A stretch of DNA of 51,974 nucleotides, from assembly GCA_963922625.1 (NCBI GenBank), contig CAWUIS010000001.1:1-51974 (forward strand). Direction: 5' to 3'. The position numbers were made by a program, and so were the translations under genes. Positions 19,085-27,706 of this stretch are shown here, piece after piece. Source of the stretch: an uncultured Candidatus Melainabacteria bacterium (lineage in GTDB: Bacteria; Cyanobacteriota; Vampirovibrionia; LMEP-6097). Numbering within the stretch: the first letter of the stretch is position 1; each line of letters starts with the position of its first letter. Under the pieces are notes generated by a model. The model did no database searches. It was given only the letters and a program-made list of their open reading frames with translations, and was not told where the DNA came from.

Positions 19085-19841
19085 AATCTGGGAAGGACTT
19101 GAAAATTTCCGCAGAATTTTAACCGAACTAGTTGCTTATGATGTCAATAAAATCAATCAAGCAAGCCTAGATAAATTATTCACAGGCTATGATTTTAAAT
19201 ATTTAACCGGTAGAAAAAATCAACTCTTGGATAAACTCAATGAGGAGCTGAGTAAGCATGAATACGGCAGTGATATCTATGCTGATCTTGAAAAACAAAA
19301 AACACTCCTAGAAAACATGGATGAAGAGCTTGTTATAGCAAGAGAAAGTGATGAGTTTAATTACGAATATATTCTGAAAAGCAAAGAGACCATGATCAAT
19401 CTCATGGGCTTTGTGAAAATTAACAGCAAGCTAAACAGCAAACATAGAGCTTTATTAAGCTGGCAGCAAAACACCAGAGACCCTATTTTGTTTCTTGCAG
19501 AAATGTTGCCTATTCCTAATACTGCAGAAGAGAAAATCTACTTCCATATTAATCTAGGCAACAAAGGCGGGCTTGTTATCATCGAAGAAAATGACCATGG
19601 TTATCGCTGGACTCAATGTCTCCAGTCTGAATTTAGTGATTTAGTAAATGCAGAATTTGGATCCATTTTTATGGACAAAACAAACAAACAAATCAAACTG
19701 GAAGATAGCAATCTTTCAGCAGCAACAGCACTCTCTAAAGCACAAACCAAAGCTGACAATGGCTCAACTATTTTAGAAAACAATATTGCACTAATGAAAA
19801 TGTACGAAAAAGATTTACGTGAACTGGAGTTTGATTATTAA
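19044..19841 (+). CDS. hypothetical protein (265 aa) coupled to the smc-scpAB operon
   Basis: Uninterrupted ORF overlapping the scpB 3' end (41 nt) and sharing 1 nt with the kdsC start; no motif recognised. Confidence 0.6.
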   Translation: MTVMDQQLWHKRTKIWEGLENFRRILTELVAYDVNKINQASLDKLFTGYDFKYLTGRKNQLLDKLNEELSKHEYGSDIYADLEKQKTLLENMDEELVIARESDEFNYEYILKSKETMINLMGFVKINSKLNSKHRALLSWQQNTRDPILFLAEMLPIPNTAEEKIYFHINLGNKGGLVIIEENDHGYRWTQCLQSEFSDLVNAEFGSIFMDKTNKQIKLEDSNLSAATALSKAQTKADNGSTILENNIALMKMYEKDLRELEFDY

Positions 19842-20362
19842 TGTTCGAAAATATCTCAGATCGTCTTAGGAAAAGAGCAGAGAATATCAAGCTGATTGGC
19901 TTTGATGTTGATGGTGTTCTAACCGACAGTTCAATTTTTATCAATGAAAACGGTGAAACCTTCAAAAAGTTTTGTTCACTTGATGGCTATGGTATGAGAT
20001 TATGCCTACAATTTGGCATCAAAGTGTGCATAATTTCAGCTCGTAAAAGTCAAAGTGTACATCAAAGATTCAAAGGTTTTGGTTTTGAAGATGACGTACA
20101 TACTGGTGTCGAAAACAAATGGGCATGCATGGAAGATATTTTGGTGAAATATAATCTTCAACCTAACAACGCTTGCTTTATTGGAGATGATGCCCTGGAT
20201 ATTCCAGTACTAGAAAAGGTTGGTTTAGCTGCCTGTCCGCTTAATAGACATTTTTCACTCGACAAACATATTCATTACATTACTGAAAAAGCTGGAGGCA
20301 TGGGAGCAGCAAGAGAACTCTGCGATCTTATACTATATGCTCAAGGCAAAATCCCTTTATAA
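19841..20362 (+). CDS. kdsC: 3-deoxy-D-manno-octulosonate 8-phosphate phosphatase (HAD IIIA)
   Basis: IKLIGFDVDGVLTD, F...DG.G...L...GI...IIS.R, IGDD..D.PV.EKVGL..AP, GG.GAARE.CDLIL.AQGK collinear with E. coli KdsC. Confidence 0.85.
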   Translation: MFENISDRLRKRAENIKLIGFDVDGVLTDSSIFINENGETFKKFCSLDGYGMRLCLQFGIKVCIISARKSQSVHQRFKGFGFEDDVHTGVENKWACMEDILVKYNLQPNNACFIGDDALDIPVLEKVGLAACPLNRHFSLDKHIHYITEKAGGMGAARELCDLILYAQGKIPL

Positions 20363-21174
20363 TGAACTCCATAACAGTGATCGAATCTCCACTAAGCAAA
20401 GACAATCAAGTTGTAAAGCTCGCCAAATCTTTACAACAAAAAAAGTACCGTAATTTAGAAAACTTATTTCTGATCGAAGGTAAAACCTTGATCCAAGAAG
20501 CAATCAGGAAAAATATCACTTTAAATCATATTTTTGCTAAAGACGAAAAAACCTTAGAGGCTTTCCAAGCAATATTAAAACCAACAACAGAAAAACATAT
20601 AGTAGATGAAGAAGTTATGACAAAGATGGCGACAACAGAAAGCCCGCCTCCAATTATGGCAATTGCCAAAAAAGCTCAAAACAAAATTGAAAACGACAAT
20701 GGTTTTTATTTATTTTGTGAAGCTGTGCAAGATCCTGGTAATCTTGGATCCATTATACGGACAGCATTCGCTTCTGGTGTCAGTAAGATTTTTCTCAGCC
20801 CAAGTTGCGTTGATATCTACAACCCTAAGACCTTAAGAGCTTCTATGGGCGGTGTTTTTTATGGGGAGATAGTTTATGGAGAACTTGATGAGGTAATCAA
20901 TAATCTCAAACTTGAATCTGAATCAGTAAACAAAAATCTAGAAATAGTCGGCACAAGCCCAAGAGCGCATAAAAATTTTAATGAAATTCTAGTCAAGCCC
21001 ATGAAAAACATTCTGGTTTTAGTTGGTAGTGAAGCCCATGGTTTAAGCAAAGAAGCTAGTGAAGCCTGCACACAAATTATAAAAATACCTCTGAGTGCTG
21101 GTATTGAAAGTATCAATGTGCTGGCTGCAACCAGTGTTGTACTTTTTAATTACGGCATACAAATAAAGCAGTAA
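20362..21174 (+). CDS. TrmH/SpoU-family RNA 2'-O-methyltransferase
   Basis: DPGNLGSIIRTA motif, LVGSEAHGLS, IPL.AGIESINVLAATSV knot motifs; 270 aa. Confidence 0.82.
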   Translation: MNSITVIESPLSKDNQVVKLAKSLQQKKYRNLENLFLIEGKTLIQEAIRKNITLNHIFAKDEKTLEAFQAILKPTTEKHIVDEEVMTKMATTESPPPIMAIAKKAQNKIENDNGFYLFCEAVQDPGNLGSIIRTAFASGVSKIFLSPSCVDIYNPKTLRASMGGVFYGEIVYGELDEVINNLKLESESVNKNLEIVGTSPRAHKNFNEILVKPMKNILVLVGSEAHGLSKEASEACTQIIKIPLSAGIESINVLAATSVVLFNYGIQIKQ

Positions 21175-21198
21175 TTTTTTTGATAGGCTTATATTCTC

Positions 21199-21603
21199 AT
21201 GCAAGTATATCTGGCACTTGATATTGGCAAGACAAGAACCGGCATCGCTAAAAGTGATCATATGGGTCTAATTATCAAGCCTCTCAAAACCGTAAAAAGT
21301 GATGAGCTGATTCAGGAGCTTCAAGAACTTGAAAAAGAATACAGCTTTGAAAGATTCATTATCGGTAAGCCCGTCAATATTGCCCAAGGCAATAAAGATG
21401 CTTTAAACATGGTGGAAAACAAAGCCAAAGAAATACTAAGGGCTTACCCCAAGATAGAACAAGAATTCATCAATGAGTCATTTACTAGCAAAGAAGCTGA
21501 AGCAGCAATAAAATCTAAGGGTATTCACTTAAGCAAAGACAATAAAGCCTTAATTGATGCCTATGCAGCAGCTATTATTCTTGAAGAATATTGGGATAGT
21601 TAA
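21199..21603 (+). CDS. ruvX: YqgF/RuvX putative pre-16S rRNA nuclease (Holliday junction resolvase-like)
   Basis: N-terminal LALDIGKTRTGIAKSD and C-terminal DAYAAAIILEEY typical of YqgF; 134 aa. Confidence 0.82.
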   Translation: MQVYLALDIGKTRTGIAKSDHMGLIIKPLKTVKSDELIQELQELEKEYSFERFIIGKPVNIAQGNKDALNMVENKAKEILRAYPKIEQEFINESFTSKEAEAAIKSKGIHLSKDNKALIDAYAAAIILEEYWDS

Positions 21604-21690
21604 ACTTTAAACAGATAAATTACTCCATTTGGACTACTCCTGGCATCTAAATAATGCCAATAAAGTATTTAGCTTAAATTTACCCCCCAA

Positions 21691-22110
21691 ATGTACAATC
21701 AAGATCTACTTAGCTCAACAAATACACCACTAGACGCTCTTGAAGCATCTTTGAGAGGCCTTGGTGCTCGCAGTGAAGCCATCACCATGAATCTAGCGAA
21801 TGTCTCTACTACTGGCTACAAAAGAAGAGAAGTTTTTTTTGAGAAAGCATTACAAGACAAGCTTGCCGGCCTAGAAACTACAAGCCTGGCAACAACTAAC
21901 GCTGGACATTTAGGTGGTAACACAAACACCTTACCAGGGATGGAGCCAACAATGAGTATCAATGATGGTGATATTCTCACCAACGGTAACAATGTTGATA
22001 TTGATAGAGAAATGCTTGAGCTTTCTAAAACAGGTTTACGTCACAAAGCTATTTCAAAAATTACAAGAAGACATCTTGATGGATTAAAAGGAATTATTGC
22101 AGGTACATAA
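21691..22110 (+). CDS. flgB: flagellar basal-body rod protein FlgB
   Basis: NLANVSTTGYKRREVFFE rod-protein N-terminal motif; precedes flgC-fliE-fliF. Confidence 0.85.
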   Translation: MYNQDLLSSTNTPLDALEASLRGLGARSEAITMNLANVSTTGYKRREVFFEKALQDKLAGLETTSLATTNAGHLGGNTNTLPGMEPTMSINDGDILTNGNNVDIDREMLELSKTGLRHKAISKITRRHLDGLKGIIAGT

Positions 22111-22111
22111 A

Positions 22112-22573
22112 ATGAAAAGTTTGTTTTTAGTAATAGTATTTGGATTATTTGCCTCACCAGCTTTTTGCATGGACCTCAACATGCTTGATACAGCTGGCAG
22201 CGCATTAATTTCTGAAAGACTAAGAATGGATGTCATCTCAGGTAACCTTGCCAATATCAATACCACACATGACAATCTTGGCAATGTATCTCCTTACAAA
22301 AGAAGAAGCGTACAGTTCAGAACTATCTATGACGAAGCTTCAGGCACAGTCAAAGGAGTAAGCGTTGCAAATATCAGTGAAGATACAGGTCCAGGTAAAG
22401 CAATGTTTGATCCTAGCCATCCTGATGCTAATGCCAATGGCTATGTTTACTACCCAGATATCTCTGTAGAAAGAGAGATGGTCGATATGGTCTCTGCAAA
22501 AACTAGCTATCAAGCAAATATCAAAAGCATACAAGTAATGAAATCAATGTTTAACGCGTCTTTGGAAATCTAA
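22112..22573 (+). CDS. flgC: flagellar basal-body rod protein FlgC (start uncertain: 22097, 22112 or 22169)
   Basis: MDLNMLDTAGSALISERLRMDVISGNLANINTT and C-terminal EMVDMVSAKTSYQANIKS match FlgC; homology starts at the ATG at 22169, and the in-frame upstream 19-24 codons look like a signal peptide. Confidence 0.85.
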   Translation: MKSLFLVIVFGLFASPAFCMDLNMLDTAGSALISERLRMDVISGNLANINTTHDNLGNVSPYKRRSVQFRTIYDEASGTVKGVSVANISEDTGPGKAMFDPSHPDANANGYVYYPDISVEREMVDMVSAKTSYQANIKSIQVMKSMFNASLEI

Positions 22574-22575
22574 TC

Positions 22576-22890
22576 ATGTCAATGGAACCACTAGAATTCA
22601 ATATACCAGCGGTTGAGACACCTCTTTTTAAGGCTGGTGTTAGTTTTAATCAAAAACCAGAAGGCGACAACTCAAACTTCGCTGGTGCTCTTGCAAAATC
22701 AATGAAAAATTTAAAAGATGTTCAATTAGAAGCAGGTTCAATGATGAAAGACTACGCTTCTGGTAAACAAGGGGATGTTTCTCAAGTAATGCTAGCAATG
22801 GAAAAATCAGATATCTCTACAAAACTAGCTATTCAAGTGAGAAACAGAGTAGTGGAAGGCTACAAGCAAATAATGAACATGCAAATGTAA
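22576..22890 (+). CDS. fliE: flagellar hook-basal body complex protein FliE
   Basis: 104 aa; C-terminal ..VMLAMEKSDISTKLAIQVRNRVVEGYKQIMNMQM typical of FliE; position between flgC and fliF. Confidence 0.8.
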   Translation: MSMEPLEFNIPAVETPLFKAGVSFNQKPEGDNSNFAGALAKSMKNLKDVQLEAGSMMKDYASGKQGDVSQVMLAMEKSDISTKLAIQVRNRVVEGYKQIMNMQM

Positions 22891-22901
22891 TAGGGTAAAA
22901 A

Positions 22902-24560
22902 ATGGCGGAAGGATTAGAAACAATAGCAAACGAAACTGGTGCAGAAAAAACAAAAGAGGAAGGCAATACTGAAGCTGGTGGTCTGATGTTTGGCTTAGAT
23001 ACCAAGAACTTAATTCTCTTGGGAGTTGCCGTTGTGACCATTATTTTTGTCATCTTTCAATTCTTTTTTAAACCAAAATTCAATGTCTTATACTCAGGAT
23101 TAAATCAATCTGATGCAGCAGCTATCAGTTCATACCTAGAAAAAAACAAAATCAAATACCAAATTGAAGGCGATGGTAGTAGCATATCGATCACTGGAGC
23201 CTCTATTCCAAAATTAAGATTAGAGCTTGCTAACAAGGGCATCCCTAAAGGTGGTGGAGTTGGTTTCGAAATATTTGATAAAACCAATATCAATATCTCT
23301 GACTTCAATCAAAAAATTAACTACAGAAGAGCTTTAGAAGGTGAGCTTGCTAGAACTATCTCTTCTCTCAGTAGTGTCAAATCGGCTAAAGTACACTTGG
23401 TGCTACCTAAAAAAAGCATCTTCAAAGAAGAGGATATTAACGCAAAAGCCTCTGTCATTATCACATCTGAATTTGGAGCTGATCTTAGCGAAGACCAGAT
23501 CAAAGGTATACAACATTTGGTTGCAAGTGGTGTTCAAGGTCTAGAGCCAGCCAGCGTACAAATTACTGACCAAGCCGGTAGATCTTTGGTAGGTTTTACA
23601 GACCAAGAAAGTCTTAGCCGCGATAAAGCTGTCACAAATGAAAGAAAAAGAAGAGAACTTGAAAAAAAATTAGAAAGAGATCTAATGAATATGCTCTCTC
23701 CTATTCTTGGCAAAGGCAATGTACTTGTGAATGTGACTGCTGATATGAATTTCGATGAGTCTGAAGTCAATATCGAATTATTTAATCCCATCAAGGAAGA
23801 TGGCACTGTGGCAAGACCCGTTCTTAGAAGTGAAAAAGTCTCTGAAGAAAAATATCGCAATGATACAGTAAAAAGTTTTGGTACAGTTGGTACCCAGCAT
23901 AATATGCCAAGTTTTGTGACCAAGTCACAAGGAAACATTAATGACCCAGGAAAAGACTATCTCAGAGAAGATAAAACAAAAAACTATGAGGTCTCAAGAC
24001 AAGTTGAGAGAATCATCAAAGCTGCAGGCTTAGTAAATAAAATTTCTGTTGCAGTAGTAGTTAATAAAGATCTTAACGCTTCTGAGCGTAGTACTTTGAG
24101 ACAAACTGTACAAGTGGCTGCTGGTCTTAATATGGATCGTGGAGACCAGGTCATTGTCACCGGTATAAAATTCTCTTCTACTCCTTATATTAATATCAAA
24201 GATCAAGAACAAGAAAAAGAGTTTAAAGAGCTTGGTAGACAAGCAAAAATGAAAAAATACCTTTCTCTGGTTGTCATTGTTGCGGTTGGCTTTGTCGTCT
24301 TTATGATTATCATGTTCTCTTTGACAGCAAATATCGATAGTACTAGAGCAAGAGAGATTGATGAGCTACTCAAAGAAGAAGATATTCCTTTACTACACAC
24401 TATTGATGAAAAGATTCAAGAAGCAGAAGAAGCTTATCACAGGCAGCTTTCACTTGAAGGCAACCGAAGTGTAGCATCAATGAAAAATGGTCTTTCAAAT
24501 ATGGCAATGCAAGATCCTAAAACTATTGCAAGAGGTCTGCAAGCTTATATCAATGACTAA
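22902..24560 (+). CDS. fliF: flagellar M-ring protein FliF
   Basis: 552 aa, N-terminal TM helix, YscJ/FliF periplasmic domain (LYSGLN..DAAAI...L....I.Y), second TM near residue 450. Confidence 0.9.
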   Translation: MAEGLETIANETGAEKTKEEGNTEAGGLMFGLDTKNLILLGVAVVTIIFVIFQFFFKPKFNVLYSGLNQSDAAAISSYLEKNKIKYQIEGDGSSISITGASIPKLRLELANKGIPKGGGVGFEIFDKTNINISDFNQKINYRRALEGELARTISSLSSVKSAKVHLVLPKKSIFKEEDINAKASVIITSEFGADLSEDQIKGIQHLVASGVQGLEPASVQITDQAGRSLVGFTDQESLSRDKAVTNERKRRELEKKLERDLMNMLSPILGKGNVLVNVTADMNFDESEVNIELFNPIKEDGTVARPVLRSEKVSEEKYRNDTVKSFGTVGTQHNMPSFVTKSQGNINDPGKDYLREDKTKNYEVSRQVERIIKAAGLVNKISVAVVVNKDLNASERSTLRQTVQVAAGLNMDRGDQVIVTGIKFSSTPYINIKDQEQEKEFKELGRQAKMKKYLSLVVIVAVGFVVFMIIMFSLTANIDSTRAREIDELLKEEDIPLLHTIDEKIQEAEEAYHRQLSLEGNRSVASMKNGLSNMAMQDPKTIARGLQAYIND

Positions 24561-24576
24561 AAGCGGGAGCTAGGGC

Positions 24577-25311
24577 ATGGCAGGCACAAGTGGAAAACCA
24601 AAAATTTATAGAAACACCCTTCAAGAGATAAAATCAAATTCTGTTGTTGTTGGTGGCGCTGATACTTCTGACTTACCAAGCAAGCAAGCAATTATCGATG
24701 AAAAAATTGCAAGTGCTATGGAAAAAACTCGTGAAGAGTGCCAAAGCATGATTGACGAGGCAAAGACTGAAGCCAAGAACATTGTTAACGCTGCTCAAGA
24801 GCAAGCTGCAGAGGTGGAGAAAAATGCTTTTGCCACTGGACTTGAAAACGGTAGGCAAGAAGGTAATAGACAAATCAATGCTGAGCTAAAGGCTGTCTTA
24901 GAAGACGCACGGAAGATTCTAGACAAACTAGAAAAAGAAAGAGAAGAGTGTCTTGAAGATGAGGAAAATCGAGTTCTAAAAATTATCACTCAAATATCCA
25001 AAAAACTTTTAAAGCGTGACCTTAGTATTAATCCAGAAATGTCTCTTGAATTTATAAAATCAGGGATCAGCTCATTGAGCCATAGAAGCATAGTAAATAT
25101 TTCTGTCAATCCTGAGACAGCTTCAAAGCTCAATGAAATTAGAGAGGAGATATTAACTAATAACCCAGGCATAGAAAGTCTGAATATATCGTCAGCAAAA
25201 CATCTTGATCACGGTGATCTTGTACTTGAATCCAATCGAGAAAGATTAGATCTCAGGTTAGATTCACAGCTAGAAGAATTATTGAAAAATATGACAGGTA
25301 AAGATAGCTAG
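24577..25311 (+). CDS. fliH: flagellar assembly protein FliH
   Basis: Central coiled coil (AQEQAAEVEKNAFATGLENGRQEG) and C-terminal FliH/YscL block (VNISVNPETASKL ... HGDLVLESNRERLDLRLDSQLEEL); immediately precedes fliI. Confidence 0.75.
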   Translation: MAGTSGKPKIYRNTLQEIKSNSVVVGGADTSDLPSKQAIIDEKIASAMEKTREECQSMIDEAKTEAKNIVNAAQEQAAEVEKNAFATGLENGRQEGNRQINAELKAVLEDARKILDKLEKEREECLEDEENRVLKIITQISKKLLKRDLSINPEMSLEFIKSGISSLSHRSIVNISVNPETASKLNEIREEILTNNPGIESLNISSAKHLDHGDLVLESNRERLDLRLDSQLEELLKNMTGKDS

Positions 25312-26615
25312 TGAAATTAGATTTCGATAGACTTGAAGAAAAAATCTCCCAGGCTGACTGTAAGCGCACTCTAGGCCGTGTTACTAAAATCATAGGTTTG
25401 ATGATGGAAGCAGATGGGCTCAGTGTTGAGTTAGGGGAACTTTGCTTAATTGAAACTTCTAAAGAAGATTTAAAAGCCGAGGTGGTTGGATTCAAAGACA
25501 ATGTTGCAATTTTAATGCCACTAGGTGAAATGCAGGATGTGAAAATGGGTGCAGCCGTTACACCAACAAGGAAACAGGTTTCAATCAAAGTAGGTGAACA
25601 ACTTGTCGGTAGAGTCATCAACGCACTAGGTGAACCTATAGATGATAGCAAAGAGATTCGAGCAAGAGACGAAGTTCCTCAATGGACTGAATTGATAAAC
25701 CCACTTAAAAAAAATCGTATCGATCAAAAAATGCATTTTGGTGTTAAAGCTATGGATGCTTTGATTACAGCTGGTAAAGGACAAAGACTTGGTATCTTTG
25801 CTGGTTCTGGCGTTGGTAAAAGTACCTTGATGGGTATGCTTGCAAAAAACTCTGAAGCTGAAATTAATGTTATTGCCTTAGTTGGTGAGCGGGGTAGAGA
25901 GGTTCGTGAGTTTATTGAAGAGATTCTTGGTGAAGAAGGCATGAAAAAATCTATTGTCATTGTTGCTACTGGCAATGAGCCCGCTCTTTTAAGAATCAAA
26001 GCTGCTATTTTCGCGCATTCTATTGCTGAGTACTTTCGCGACGTCCACGGCAAAGATGTTTTACTGATGCTTGATAGTGTCACCCGGGTAGCATTAGCGC
26101 AAAGAGAAGTTGGACTTGCTTGCGGCGAGCCGCCTGCTACTAGAGGTTATACACCGAGTGTTTTTGCAATTTTACCTAAGCTGATGGAAAGATCCGGCGC
26201 TGGTGAGAAAGGTACTATTACAGCCCTGTATACAGTACTAGTTGAGGGTGATGATATGAATGAGCCTATAGCCGATGTTGCCCGTGGTGTTCTTGACGGT
26301 CACTTGGTTTTATCAAGAAAGCTTGCTCATAAAAACCATTTTCCTGCAATAGATGTACTCCAATCTATATCGAGGGTCATGCCAAGTGTGGCAAGCCCAG
26401 AACATATCGAAACAGCGGGACAAATCCGCAATATGATGGCAAGCTACGCTGATGCTCAAGACCTCATCAATATCGGCGCTTATCAACAAGGATCTAATCC
26501 TGATATTGACAAGGCTATTGCAGCGCAACCACAAATCAAAGAATTACTTTTACAAAAAACCAGTGAAAGCATCCCAGAAACTGAATTGTTTCAATTAATG
26601 CAAGCCTGTTTATAA
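25311..26615 (+). CDS. fliI: flagellum-specific ATPase FliI
   Basis: Walker A GSGVGKSTL, Walker B VLLMLDSVTR, F1/T3SS ATPase core; GTG start sharing 1 nt with the fliH stop. Confidence 0.93.
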   Translation: MKLDFDRLEEKISQADCKRTLGRVTKIIGLMMEADGLSVELGELCLIETSKEDLKAEVVGFKDNVAILMPLGEMQDVKMGAAVTPTRKQVSIKVGEQLVGRVINALGEPIDDSKEIRARDEVPQWTELINPLKKNRIDQKMHFGVKAMDALITAGKGQRLGIFAGSGVGKSTLMGMLAKNSEAEINVIALVGERGREVREFIEEILGEEGMKKSIVIVATGNEPALLRIKAAIFAHSIAEYFRDVHGKDVLLMLDSVTRVALAQREVGLACGEPPATRGYTPSVFAILPKLMERSGAGEKGTITALYTVLVEGDDMNEPIADVARGVLDGHLVLSRKLAHKNHFPAIDVLQSISRVMPSVASPEHIETAGQIRNMMASYADAQDLINIGAYQQGSNPDIDKAIAAQPQIKELLLQKTSESIPETELFQLMQACL

Positions 26616-26622
26616 AATATGC

Positions 26623-27156
26623 TTAAAGCTTACCAGCAGCTTGTGCCCAAGTTTTAATCTCTGGCACCTTAGCATCCAAAAATTTCATAAAGCCACCTTG
26701 TAAAATAAACTCTTTTTTGAGCTCATCTAATTCAAATTTATAGCTCTTGCCATTAGCAATAAGCTCTTGTTTGATCACATCAATCTCAATCTCAGAACTA
26801 GATTCCGCTATCTCTTTGATCTCTGCCTCAGAAAGTTTAATAGGAACTAGGCCATTGTTGTAACAATTCTCCTCAAAGATTCGTGCGAAACTAGCAGCGA
26901 TCACAGCCTTAAAACCACGGTCTAAAATTGCCCAAACAGCATGCTCACGAGAAGAACCACAACCAAAATTCTCAAGAGTCATAACAATATTAGAACCTTC
27001 ATGCTCAATGGCATCAAGAGGATTATTAGGCACATCTTCAAAAAGGTGAAGCCCCAAACCAGTCTTTGAGATACCGGTCAAATGACGCGCCGGTATAATC
27101 TGGTCTGTATCTATGTTTGATGTAAGTAGCTTAAGTGGATTTCCTTTGATTTGCAT
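26623..27156 (-). CDS. leuD: 3-isopropylmalate dehydratase small subunit (short type)
   Basis: TDQIIPARHL, GCGSSREHAVWAI, FARIFEENCYNNGL motifs; 177 aa; no leuC adjacent. Confidence 0.87.
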   Translation of the reverse strand: MQIKGNPLKLLTSNIDTDQIIPARHLTGISKTGLGLHLFEDVPNNPLDAIEHEGSNIVMTLENFGCGSSREHAVWAILDRGFKAVIAASFARIFEENCYNNGLVPIKLSEAEIKEIAESSSEIEIDVIKQELIANGKSYKFELDELKKEFILQGGFMKFLDAKVPEIKTWAQAAGKL

Positions 27157-27166
27157 TGTTTTGATG

Positions 27167-27176
27167 ATTTTAGCAC
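27167..27176 (-). promoter_or_regulatory. extended -10-like element GTGCTAAAAT upstream of leuD
   Basis: Minus-strand TGCTAAAAT ending 10 nt before the leuD ATG; related to the TTGCTAGAATA motif. Confidence 0.35.
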
Positions 27177-27209
27177 TAAACAGGGAATCCTGGTATTATT
27201 TAAATTGCA

Positions 27210-27527
27210 TTGTCAACTACTTACTACCGAAAAATAGGTCCTCAGCGTGGAAGAAACCACAAAGAAGCTATGAGAGTGATTACAAATGGCCAAGTACCGA
27301 ATGGAGCGACGGTATCAAAAATTGATAGAGATCCTCTTAACACAGATGATCATAATTTACATCTTTTTCATAATATAGAGGATTTCAACCGAGCAAATCA
27401 GGATCTAAACAAGATCCTGTCAGAATTAATAAAAAAGGGTTTATCAATTTCTCAAAAAAGACTGGGTTATATGATTTTGCAAAACAGTTTAAAGAGTTCA
27501 TCCAGGGCAAAGAAATTATTGAAGTAA
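27210..27527 (+). CDS. HNH-like module with degenerate catalytic motif (0-frame product 105 aa); possible 5' part of a frameshifted two-module gene
   Basis: Paralogous to 27707-28072 (RGRNHKEAMRVITNGQVPNGATVSKIDRDPLNTDDHNLHLF vs RGYRGIMERIIQRQLQPGEEVHHIDHDHSNNKDENLFLC), but HH is replaced by SK; TTG start. Confidence 0.5.
   Translation: MSTTYYRKIGPQRGRNHKEAMRVITNGQVPNGATVSKIDRDPLNTDDHNLHLFHNIEDFNRANQDLNKILSELIKKGLSISQKRLGYMILQNSLKSSSRAKKLLK
27431..27437 (+). other. A_AAA_AAG -1 slippery heptamer in the 0 frame of the upstream HNH-like ORF
   Basis: Codons ATA AAA AAG GGT of frame 27210; the -1 frame is stop-free from 27374 to 28069; perfect 7-bp hairpin 27399-27419 lies 11 nt upstream. Confidence 0.45.
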
Positions 27528-27706
27528 TCTACTCAGGACGCAATATTGACCTAAATAATAACAAGGAGCTTGAAGAACTTAAAAAACAAATTACAACTGC
27601 AACAAATAAGATCAGGGGCGTCTTCAAAAGAAAAAGAACAGGCTCAACAGATACTCATGATCCACAGCAACTGAGTTTCACACCTAAACGTGGTTATAGG
27701 GGTATT

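Noticed and set aside
21641-21659. TGGCAT-N7-ATGCCA upstream of flgB as a sigma54 (-24/-12) or sigma28 promoter
   Set aside because: The GG-to-GC spacing is 2 nt too long for the TGGCAC-N5-TTGC geometry. GCCAATAA resembles the sigma28 -10 box, but no TAAA lies 15 nt upstream. It is only a 6-bp inverted repeat.
22829-26534. Antisense or alternative-frame ORFs within the flagellar genes (e.g. 23534-23938, 25253-25651, 25724-26083)
   Set aside because: They overlap confidently identified fliF/fliH/fliI coding sequences and have no motifs. They look like shadow ORFs.
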